Source: a virus
DNA: 64,000 nucleotides
Direction: 5' to 3' (one strand)
Virus record (IMG/VR): IMGVR_UViG_3300019755_000002
Span: 1 to 64,000 of that record
How positions within the stretch are numbered: position 1 is the stretch's first letter; the number at the start of each line of letters is the position of its first letter. Of this stretch, positions 1-8,147 are shown piece by piece. Position numbers and translations under genes: made by a program. The notes beneath the pieces were generated by a model that worked only from the letters and a program-made list of their open reading frames with translations, did not search any database and had not been told where the DNA came from.

Positions 1-8
1 ATCAGATA

Positions 9-392
9 ATGGTGGTGGGTGCGGCTCGAAATCTAGACCCTAGCGAAGTGCTAAAACAAAAGTTACCGCCGAAAGAGGTTAACCCACAAGAATTAACTGA
101 AAGCGACCTAAACGCGGACGTGGATATTGAAAAAGAGGCTAGGCAACTCTACAACCAAATGAAAACAACTATGGCTACCATTTCAAACATGGACACAGGT
201 GAGAAGGTACAAATCTTTCGCGTGGCAACGCAACTACTTGAAAAATTGTTAACCTTGCAAGAAAAAGCAACAGGAATTGAACACTTTAAGAAGTTTAAAG
301 AATATATTATTAAAAGTATGGATAGGTTCTTAAACCCTGTTCAAAAAACAGAATTCGTTACCGAAATTGAAGAAATTTTATCTCAGGATTAA
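9..392 (+). CDS. Hypothetical helical protein, possibly 5'-truncated
   Basis: 127-aa ORF at the window edge; no recognised motif. Confidence 0.6.
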   Translation: MVVGAARNLDPSEVLKQKLPPKEVNPQELTESDLNADVDIEKEARQLYNQMKTTMATISNMDTGEKVQIFRVATQLLEKLLTLQEKATGIEHFKKFKEYIIKSMDRFLNPVQKTEFVTEIEEILSQD

Positions 393-402
393 AGCCATAC
401 CA

Positions 403-428
403 GCTAAGATACGAAGCTGTATCTTAGC
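403..428. terminator. Hairpin between convergent genes (probable bidirectional terminator)
   Basis: GCTAAGATAC-gaagct-GTATCTTAGC, perfect 10-bp stem. Confidence 0.55.
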
Positions 429-440
429 CTTACTATGAAA

Positions 441-797
441 CTAACTATCGCTAGGTGCTTCATGCCTAAAAGTACCATCATAAAAAGTCAGGGACACATT
501 ACAACTAGGGCAACAAAAACTGCCTTGCTTAGTTTCTTTATTAGCTGAGTACCAGTAAATATTTTTACGACATTTCGGACAAGAACCAACCCAAGCACCA
601 CGATGCTCATCACCTCCCTTAATTTGATTGATAAAAACCATCACAATTAAAGGCACCCCAATAAAAGCACCAACGCCCGTAAAGCATAAGCCAATACCAA
701 CAAGGTATAGAAAACCACTCCATGCCGCACCACCACTACTTTCTAAGCGATAACTTTCGTCATATTTCGCTGGTGTCTTTGAAACAAACTTACCCAT
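441..797 (-). CDS. Membrane protein with C-terminal zinc ribbon
   Basis: Hydrophobic hairpin (aa 25-57) followed by CPKC...CPSC. Confidence 0.7.
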   Translation of the reverse strand: MGKFVSKTPAKYDESYRLESSGGAAWSGFLYLVGIGLCFTGVGAFIGVPLIVMVFINQIKGGDEHRGAWVGSCPKCRKNIYWYSANKETKQGSFCCPSCNVSLTFYDGTFRHEAPSDS

Positions 798-817
798 CCT
801 AAAATCCTTATTAACTT

Positions 818-1504
818 TTAACTTCTATTAAAATGGTAGATTAACGCTTGCGTTAACACCATCATTCGGGTTGTCCCCATACGTCTAGCAACTTGGTACA
901 AAATATTGTTTATCGTCGAAGACACCCTTACTTTCATACTTTCTTTCTTTTGTTTATGTCGTTGGTGAAAGTAAAAACCCTCGACACTAATATCGACATC
1001 TTCGCCCGATAAACCATCTTGGACGTAATCTAAAATAATCTGACTAATTACTTCTACATTAAAAGGTCTATAAAAATCATGTCTATTCATTTCGGCAATT
1101 AAGGAAAAAGAAAACTCAAACCTTGGTATTTGTGCTGAGTTCGTTACTTCAAAAGTTTCTAAAGGTCGCTCCCATCGTAAAGGTAAATCTAAATAACCCT
1201 CTCCTCCAAGAACATTACCCATAAGATTAAGCAAATAACCACTAACAGACTGACCACGTTTACTGGCTTCTTTTTCATATCCTTTAAAGTTAGCCATCGG
1301 AAGATAATAGTTCTTACGCTTACCTTCCGAGTAGGGAACCGAAAGGGTACTTAAGTCAACCTCAGGGTATAACTCCGCCTGTGAAAGTGTTTTACGTATT
1401 TGCTCGGACATAGAAATAGCAGGGTAAATTTCAGCCAAAGCATCCACCAGTTTATGAGGCAAACAAAGGGTTACTTCCTTGGTGACTATTTTCGTTTCGG
1501 TCAT
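818..1504 (-). CDS. Putative multi ribbon-helix-helix DNA-binding protein
   Basis: Several RHH-like segments (VTLCLPHKLVDAL; NYYLP...SVSGYLLNLM; MKVRVS...TRMMVLTQAL). Confidence 0.5.
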   Translation of the reverse strand: MTETKIVTKEVTLCLPHKLVDALAEIYPAISMSEQIRKTLSQAELYPEVDLSTLSVPYSEGKRKNYYLPMANFKGYEKEASKRGQSVSGYLLNLMGNVLGGEGYLDLPLRWERPLETFEVTNSAQIPRFEFSFSLIAEMNRHDFYRPFNVEVISQIILDYVQDGLSGEDVDISVEGFYFHQRHKQKKESMKVRVSSTINNILYQVARRMGTTRMMVLTQALIYHFNRS

Positions 1505-1824
1505 TAGGCCATATTTTGTAAGTGGGCGTGGTGCTTGGAGTGTATCACGGGGGGAACGTGGTTCAAAAATTTTTTCTCATTTTTAATTTTTTTTTATTTC
1601 GGGTTCTAGACCCGCCCCCACCAAAACGCCCTCAAACACTAGAAAAAGCCTCCCCCCCTTGCTATCATTTATCACAAGTCGAGGGCAATCAGCCCACGAC
1701 CACATCAACAACCTGGTGCTATTTTTACGCCCACGTTGTGCCCGTTGACCTGTGCAATTTTGCCTAATTAACGGGTGGGGATATTTCCCCTCTTAATTAA
1801 ACTAAAATTTGGATTGACGATATT

Positions 1825-2709
1825 ATGACTACATTAAAAGCTAGCTCAAAAAACACCCCTTTTAACGCCTCACGCCTTACTTTAGTAATGCAAGCAGGAT
1901 TACAAAATTCACGTAAAGGTGCCCTACAAAATGGCCTGTCTCTAGCCGCCTCAACACTTGTTAAGGGTGAACAATTAACCACTTTAGAAATGGCGCAATT
2001 ACTAGCGGATTGGAAAGGTGATATTGCACCCTCTAGAAAAAAGGGCGATGCCAACGAGAAGCGCTTAGGCGAATTGGTTAAAAAGTACATGCAAGATAGC
2101 CGTCTAGTGGCTAGTGCTGCGGAACACATAAGCGAGCCGATCAAGACTATGTTTACTAATCTGTACACTTTTGAAGATGCTGAGACTTTTGCTCTAGAAT
2201 CGGAAAAGGTGATCAAAAACATTAAGTTTTTAGAAGCTTTGGAAATTGAAAGTAAAACGGATTTAAATTGTTTTTGGTCGGGATTCTTACCAGAAACAAC
2301 CACAACCGAGGCCGAAGCCGTAGAAACGACCACAACCGAGGCCGAAGCAGTAGAAACGACCACAACCGAGGCCGAAGCCGTAGAAACGACCACAGCCGAG
2401 GCCGAAGCCGTAGAAACGACCACAGCCGAAGCCGTAGAAACATCAAAGGCGAAAACTAAGGTTAATAAAGATGAAATCAACAATAGACAAGCATTAGCTA
2501 ATGATGCCCTTGCCTTACTTGCAGATGAAATGCCCTTTTTAGATGCTTTACTTGCCACGGCTCAAAAGCAAGACACACAAGAGGGCGTGATCTTGACAAT
2601 ATGTCAAGGATTTAAAGCTGAGCTTGATAAAGTTAACGCTGAAAAGCTGGCTTTAGAGAATAAGCTTCACAACTTGACGCCAAAAGCCAAGGCCAAAAAA
2701 GCTGCATAA
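1825..2709 (+). CDS. Hypothetical early protein with TTTEAEAVE repeats
   Basis: 294-aa ORF preceded by GGATTGACGAT and followed by a terminator. Confidence 0.8.
   Translation: MTTLKASSKNTPFNASRLTLVMQAGLQNSRKGALQNGLSLAASTLVKGEQLTTLEMAQLLADWKGDIAPSRKKGDANEKRLGELVKKYMQDSRLVASAAEHISEPIKTMFTNLYTFEDAETFALESEKVIKNIKFLEALEIESKTDLNCFWSGFLPETTTTEAEAVETTTTEAEAVETTTTEAEAVETTTAEAEAVETTTAEAVETSKAKTKVNKDEINNRQALANDALALLADEMPFLDALLATAQKQDTQEGVILTICQGFKAELDKVNAEKLALENKLHNLTPKAKAKKAA
2293..2442 (+). repeat. 27-bp coding tandem repeat (about 5 copies)
   Basis: GAAACGACCACAACCGAGGCCGAAGCCGTA-type units. Confidence 0.9.
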
Positions 2710-2742
2710 CAGCTAGCCACGTCCCAAGCCACAACATGAAGT

Positions 2743-2768
2743 AAAACCTAGCCCACGGGCTGGGTTTT
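2743..2768 (+). terminator. Intrinsic terminator
   Basis: AAAACCTAGCCC-ac-GGGCTGGGTTTT after ORF 1825-2709. Confidence 0.7.
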
Positions 2769-2796
2769 GTTGTGGGCGTTAATCAGGACACGTTCT

Positions 2797-3043
2797 CAGA
2801 CAGGTTTTTAATTTACGTTCGCGGTGGTGGGTAGAGTTCCCCACGGGGTAATGTTTCAATTATACCGCGAGGCTAAAAAACTGGGTGAAAAGTAAAATTT
2901 AGATTACAGACAGGTTTTTGAAAAGGGTGTCGGTGTTGGAAAAGTTCTCAGACAGGTTTTTGAAACAACCACGTTGACGGACAGGTTTTTAATCGTCAGA
3001 CACCTTTTTTAACAGTCAGACAAGATTTTGAAAAAGGTGTCTG
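2797..3043. repeat. Iteron-like CAGACAGGTTTTT repeats
   Basis: Copies at 2797, 2907, 2949; variants at 2978, 2997, 3017; inverted copy at 3031-3043; non-coding DNA. Confidence 0.8.
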
Positions 3044-3689
3044 ACAAGTCAAGGTTACATGTGGTCAAATAACAACCAAAAAATTAGAATCTATAGATTG
3101 AGATTTGCTTATTTCTTAAACGAATGTAGATTAAAAAACAAACAAAGCGAGCGTTTTTTTAGAAAACCTTAGTAGTGTGTATTTTTTGAACAAGAAAAAA
3201 AACAGAGGGTTAAAAAATAAGCAGTGAAAATTAGAGTTATTGCTCTAAGGACAACAAGACAAACCTAGACATAGAAGGACAAAGCCAGAAATTAGAGTAA
3301 TTACTCAGGACAGGTTATAGGTCTTAATGTCATTAATACCCTGTACCTGTCTAAGCTTTTTTTTTTCACTCCATTTACGGTGATCTTCCTATTTGCTCTT
3401 GTGTGGCGTTATTTTGGACGTTATTTTTCTTGTAGTAGGTGTACCTACAAAATCTATTTTAAGCCCGTTTCTGTTTTGATTTAACCCCTTAAATAGTGAA
3501 AACACCTGTGGATGTCGTCTTTATCTGTTTTAAAAACCACAACCACGGACACGACCACAAAAAAGGTTCTTTTGGAGGGTTGGAGTTGGTTATTTTTTAA
3601 CCTTTGAATCTAGACCTAAAAAATGACTTTTTTTTAGGACACCTTTTACAAGATCTAAAAATAGGTAGCGGACACGATTTCGCTACACA

Positions 3690-3938
3690 ACATATTATGT
3701 CAAGAACAGGGTTTTGATTGTCGGACATATTATGTCAAGAACATGGTTTTGATTGTCGGACATATTATGTCAAGAACCTAGTTCGATTGTATGACATATT
3801 ATGTCCCTTTTTTGATATTTTGGGCGTTAATGTTTATTTCATGGTTGATTGGCATAAAATTGTGGGCGTGAACGTTGATTTTTACCTATTTTTTATTCCT
3901 GTTTTGGGTTTTGGCGTGGCTGTTGACATAATATGTCA
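3690..3938. repeat. 34-35-bp tandem repeat with palindromic core GACATATTATGTC
   Basis: ACATATTATGTC at 3690, 3725, 3760, 3794; inverted TGACATAATATGTCA at 3924-3938. Confidence 0.9.
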
Positions 3939-4007
3939 CGGGTTTGGGTTGTATGCCTTTTTGAAATCCACGCCCTAAGCCAAAAATAAATGTTAACCAC
4001 GTCCAGA

Positions 4008-4116
4008 CCAGTGACCGAGCATCAAAATTATAACCCAAGGCAAAACACTGAAAATGGTTTTAGTGCCACGTCGAGGTAAAAAGCCTAAGCCTGCCAGTGA
4101 CCGAACATCAAAATTA
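4008..4116 (+). repeat. 23-bp direct repeat CCAGTGACCGA(G/A)CATCAAAATTA
   Basis: Copies at 4008-4030 and 4094-4116. Confidence 0.85.
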
Positions 4117-4266
4117 CTATTAAATTTTACGCCCCGACCCAACAGGGCAACAGAAATCTATTAATGATTAGTGCCCGACACCTTTTTAAGGGTTAGTTTC
4201 TGGTGCTAGCGATACTAAACCTACAAGGGGTAAGTTTCCCCACTTTAAAACTTGGAGATTGACGAC

Positions 4267-4716
4267 ATGCTTTACTTTGCTAACCAGTTCACCCACGAAC
4301 AGTTTAACCGCATCCACCAAAAAGCGCTCAAAAGCGTAGAGGATATTTCGTCGTTGGAGAAAGAAAAGGCGTGGTTCTTAGGCCACTATCAAGAATCTAA
4401 AAAGGAGGCGGACTTAAAGCAGTACAAACAACGTACTGCGGAAATAGAAAAGCTACGTTGCTACGCCACTTGGTTGGACTACGTTAATCGTTGGATGACT
4501 ACCCTGGGTATAACCCAGTTATTTGCCTCAACTTTTGATATGGAAGAGGGCGAAGTAACAGAGTTCGCCCTCGTTCAGTACTCTCGCCCTTTTGATGAAT
4601 ATGGCTCACCAATTGCGGATGACAAAATATTCAAGTCTCAAACGGGCCGTAAAGCCCCATTTAAATTTAACGGCGCTTTTATAAACCATGGCCGACATTG
4701 GTCAGTTCATTCTTAA
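4267..4716 (+). CDS. Hypothetical protein
   Basis: ATG placed after motif variant GGAGATTGACGAC. Confidence 0.75.
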   Translation: MLYFANQFTHEQFNRIHQKALKSVEDISSLEKEKAWFLGHYQESKKEADLKQYKQRTAEIEKLRCYATWLDYVNRWMTTLGITQLFASTFDMEEGEVTEFALVQYSRPFDEYGSPIADDKIFKSQTGRKAPFKFNGAFINHGRHWSVHS

Positions 4717-4732
4717 AATAGGGGTTGAAATT

Positions 4733-5032
4733 ATGACTACAAGGAAAAAACCTTTGTCTGAGTGTGTAAAACGTACCCAGCAAAAATTCAAAGCTACGTT
4801 TGTCGTGCACGTTATTATTAAGGATAAAAGATTCCCCTTAGATATTTTGAGGTCTACCGTGGGCGAGTTGCCAGCTTTGGTAGCGTTGCAAAAAATTTAC
4901 CGTGAGTTACCTTCAAATATTGACCTTAATCAAGTTTTTGGAAAAATTACCTGTCAGGGAATTGTTTGCGGGGTCTCTATATTTGGTATTTACCACCCAT
5001 CGGGTACAAATATTCGTCTCTCTTTAATTTAG
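4733..5032 (+). CDS. Hypothetical protein
   Basis: ATG 4733 with AGGGG RBS. Confidence 0.65.
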   Translation: MTTRKKPLSECVKRTQQKFKATFVVHVIIKDKRFPLDILRSTVGELPALVALQKIYRELPSNIDLNQVFGKITCQGIVCGVSIFGIYHPSGTNIRLSLI

Positions 5033-5110
5033 GATTATATTTTAAAACTCTCGTTGTTGTGTTATTTTTCAAAAACCAATAACAAGGTTTTATTTATTAA
5101 GGAGAATATC

Positions 5111-5149
5111 ATGGGTGACGGTACGACTAATCCACCAGTAAAACCATAG
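5111..5149 (+). CDS. 12-aa peptide MGDGTTNPPVKP (below ORF-track cutoff)
   Basis: Strong TAAGGAG Shine-Dalgarno 6 nt before the ATG. Confidence 0.55.
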   Translation: MGDGTTNPPVKP

Positions 5150-5206
5150 TTCTTAGGTTTTACGGGGAGTGAAGCTCTCACCATTTAACTAGAAGGATTT
5201 TTTTAG

Positions 5207-5821
5207 ATGTATCTTTTATCAAGTGAATGGCTTTGGCCGTTGTATCTCTGGTATGAAAAATACTTTATTTCCTCTGCCCCCTCGACAACCTTGTCTTGGG
5301 GTCAGGTAATGAGTATTTTTAAATTATTGTTAATACTCTTAATTACTTTTGAGGTTTACAAAAAACGCTCCGAGTATAATTACTCTTTAGTATTAACGAT
5401 ATTTATTTTCACTATCTTTCAATTTGCGTCCACGTTTATTGGTTTTGTTTTTTCCGAAATTCTACTTGTTTTGGGTAAAGATAATTCTAGTTGGAATTAT
5501 TATGCTTGGCTGTGGCTTGATTGCTTTTGTTTACTATCTATTTTAATAGCTCACACACTGACAGCGACAACATTAAATTGGCGTTCAGGATGTATCATGG
5601 CTTTATTGCTTGTTAATGGGTTTTGGTATATCACCCTTCAATCCCTAAATGTTAGCAACACCTACTGGGTTGAGGTTACGGGTTATCCTGGTGGCTATAG
5701 ACCTAATGCTCTGGCCGTATTCTATTTGTTCTACTATTGGGCGGAGACGTTATTAACCTTAGTTTTGCTTGGTGGGGTTACGCTATTACAAGAAAAAATT
5801 AATCTTCTTCGAGGTAAATAA
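5207..5821 (+). CDS. Polytopic membrane protein (about 5-6 TM)
   Basis: 204 aa with multiple hydrophobic segments; GAAGGA RBS. Confidence 0.8.
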   Translation: MYLLSSEWLWPLYLWYEKYFISSAPSTTLSWGQVMSIFKLLLILLITFEVYKKRSEYNYSLVLTIFIFTIFQFASTFIGFVFSEILLVLGKDNSSWNYYAWLWLDCFCLLSILIAHTLTATTLNWRSGCIMALLLVNGFWYITLQSLNVSNTYWVEVTGYPGGYRPNALAVFYLFYYWAETLLTLVLLGGVTLLQEKINLLRGK

Positions 5822-6195
5822 TGTCTATATTGATCACGATGGTTCTAGTTTGGCTTATGTGTCTTTTGGTGTTTGTTTTTAGGGTTAAGATTTTTGCTTT
5901 ATTTTCCAAGCCTGAGTATCTTGTTTTAGGTGAGAAAATAACTTGTTTACGATTGCAAATGTTGGCTAAACCTATTGCAGACAGGTACGAGGATTTAAAA
6001 GAAATTTCTATTCTTGAAGATAGATATTCTTTTTTAGTTGCGAAAAAAAGCGAAGTGCATTTAGTTAAAAAAAACGTGTTCCCTGTCGAAGGAAAAGTTA
6101 TCCCGCTAAGAGGGGAAACAACCCCACCAACAGCCACAATACCACATCGAGTTAACAAGCCGCACGTTGTTGATTACAAACAGTATCAGAAATAA
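5821..6195 (+). CDS. Single-pass membrane protein, translationally coupled to the upstream gene
   Basis: TAATG stop/start overlap; N-terminal TM helix. Confidence 0.7.
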   Translation: MSILITMVLVWLMCLLVFVFRVKIFALFSKPEYLVLGEKITCLRLQMLAKPIADRYEDLKEISILEDRYSFLVAKKSEVHLVKKNVFPVEGKVIPLRGETTPPTATIPHRVNKPHVVDYKQYQK

Positions 6196-6550
6196 TGCGT
6201 GCTGCAGTGGAAATATCAGGGTATTTAATCTCTAAAAGCTTGAGATCATAAGCTTTAAATAAACCCTCTTCAATTAAAGGGGTTAAGACTTGGGTTTCAG
6301 AGTTATCTTCCTTCAATAACAAAAGGTTATCGAGGCAGACATTAAAACTCAAGGCGCAAGTGATAGCCATATCTAGAACAGGCTTTAATGTCCCTCGGCT
6401 TACAATGGTATTAATTGTCCCTTGTGGAAACCCGTAAGTTTCATCTAAGGAACTAATACGCTTGTAGCCATGGAGTCTAGAGATTTTTTCAAGTACCTTA
6501 CGTACCCAAATTTTCTTTTCTTCTGGAGATTTAGATTCAAAAAATAACAT
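6152..6550 (-). CDS. CI-like phage repressor (HTH, 186/HP1 CI N-terminal type)
   Basis: ISSLDETYGFPQGTINTIVSRG...NVCLDNLLL pattern; divergent from the main early operon; start uncertain (6550 or 6634). Confidence 0.6.
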   Translation of the reverse strand: MLFFESKSPEEKKIWVRKVLEKISRLHGYKRISSLDETYGFPQGTINTIVSRGTLKPVLDMAITCALSFNVCLDNLLLLKEDNSETQVLTPLIEEGLFKAYDLKLLEIKYPDISTAARIISDTVCNQQRAAC

Positions 6551-6880
6551 TATGAGATATTCGCTTTTGTCGTGTAGGAGATAGACAAAGAATACACAAG
6601 GAAAAGGAGTATTTCCAGTGCCAACCAGAGACAAAGACAGACATTTTAGTACAAAATAATAACAAAAAGATATTTTAACAGTAAAACACTATCATTTAGA
6701 TATTATTTTTGTTATCTTTCTGTTCGTGGTTGCAAGCAACCGCACTTTGGCTATTGGATTGGCTAATTACGAACTATTGGATTGACGATTGAACGTTCCT
6801 ATTCGCTGATATCGTTTTTGGTGAGGGGTTAGCAATAACCCCGAGCTAATTTTATTAAACTACAACTTGGATTGACGATT

Positions 6881-7378
6881 ATGATTTCACTATCACTAAT
6901 GCCCTATCAACAGGCAAAACTTCTTGAGTACTTAAGCTCACTTCAAACACCAAGGGCTAAGCCTGAGATTAACGCTAACTATCTCGAAAACTATCTTTCT
7001 CGACTAACTAAAGAAGAACAAATCTTGGCTAGGGCTGTTAAACATATCACTCGTGATGTCTTGCTTAATGAACTAAAGCAAAGTGTTAACGGGGATGTTG
7101 GTGAGGTGCTTTTAAAATTTAGTATGTCGTTGAATTTGAAAAATATCGATGTTTTAGTTCTAAAGAAAAAAGTATTAACTTTTTCACCAGAAATTTATGT
7201 TGTCTATTTTAAAACCGAGGGTTGTATTTACCAAAGTTTTGAAACCGTGCCCACGCTTGAAATATCCGTACTTGAAATTTTGGTGCAAAACTATTATGCC
7301 CAAGGTTTAGCTACGAATGTAAGTCCAGAGGAGTTTTTAGCTCTGGATGCCCTCCCTTACTTACCTATGGAGCAATGA
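6881..7378 (+). CDS. Hypothetical protein, first gene of the rightward early operon
   Basis: ATG follows GGATTGACGAT. Confidence 0.75.
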   Translation: MISLSLMPYQQAKLLEYLSSLQTPRAKPEINANYLENYLSRLTKEEQILARAVKHITRDVLLNELKQSVNGDVGEVLLKFSMSLNLKNIDVLVLKKKVLTFSPEIYVVYFKTEGCIYQSFETVPTLEISVLEILVQNYYAQGLATNVSPEEFLALDALPYLPMEQ

Positions 7379-7379
7379 T

Positions 7380-8105
7380 ATGGAGACCTTATTAATCAAA
7401 CTAGGAGCCTTAGCGCCACAGCTTGAGTCCTTTGTGGTAGCTATCAATAATGCTCACAACGAGGGTATTGATGAATTCAACACCTTGGTTGATGAATGTG
7501 AAGCTTTAAAAGCTGACCTTGTTGAACAGAAAAAAAGAGATACCGTTCTAGAGGAACTGATTTTTGAGCAAAACAAGCTTATTGAAAATTTAACGCAATC
7601 GAATACGACGTTGAAGGCTAACTTCAACAAAGCTAGTGCTGAACTAAGGGCGTTACAGTTATTAGACCCAAAGCGTTTAGCTAAGGTAAATAAAGCCCAG
7701 AAAAAGCAAATAGCTGAGGCCAAGGAATCAAATATCAAACTTGAAGAGGCACGTAAAAAGGCGCTAAAAATCACAAAAACTTTGCTTGAAGAAGCTAAAA
7801 GTAATGGTGGTGTCTATATTCATCAAGATCCTGAAAATGGTAACACGTTGCGATTTATTCCTAGTCTTTTTGTTGCCAAAAAGAATACCTTTGGCGCTGT
7901 GCCTGAAACCCCAATTTTAGAGTTTCACCACAAAGATAGAGGTATCACTCGCCAAGGTTTACTTGGTGTAGATGGCAAAATAATTTGGTGTGATGCCACC
8001 AATTCTGAGCCGACGAGACAAGAAAGTGATATTGCCTTGAACTTGATACTCAATGAATGTAAGAAACAAAAAATAAAAGTGCCAAAAGTTTCAGCGGTAG
8101 CGTAA
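7380..8105 (+). CDS. Coiled-coil hypothetical protein
   Basis: Heptad-rich N-terminal half; GGAG RBS. Confidence 0.75.
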   Translation: METLLIKLGALAPQLESFVVAINNAHNEGIDEFNTLVDECEALKADLVEQKKRDTVLEELIFEQNKLIENLTQSNTTLKANFNKASAELRALQLLDPKRLAKVNKAQKKQIAEAKESNIKLEEARKKALKITKTLLEEAKSNGGVYIHQDPENGNTLRFIPSLFVAKKNTFGAVPETPILEFHHKDRGITRQGLLGVDGKIIWCDATNSEPTRQESDIALNLILNECKKQKIKVPKVSAVA

Positions 8106-8147
8106 TTACCGTGCTTTTAATTAAACTAAAATTTGGAAATTGACGAT

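Noticed and set aside
9-392. Terminase small subunit
   Set aside because: No motif support and no large subunit adjacent in the window
1797-2558. Antisense and alternative-frame ORFs over repeats (also 2222-2459, 23598-24089 and many short overlaps in the track)
   Set aside because: Shadow frames of repeats or real genes, with no RBS support
3690-3806. Possible mini CRISPR array
   Set aside because: The intervening sequences are near-identical rather than unique spacers, and there are no cas genes
3718-3978. 86-aa ORF in the repeat region
   Set aside because: TTG start inside tandem repeats and no RBS
5207-5821. AgrB-like peptidase
   Set aside because: Similar size and topology only; the GGxH...C catalytic motif is absent and the peptide is far shorter than AgrD
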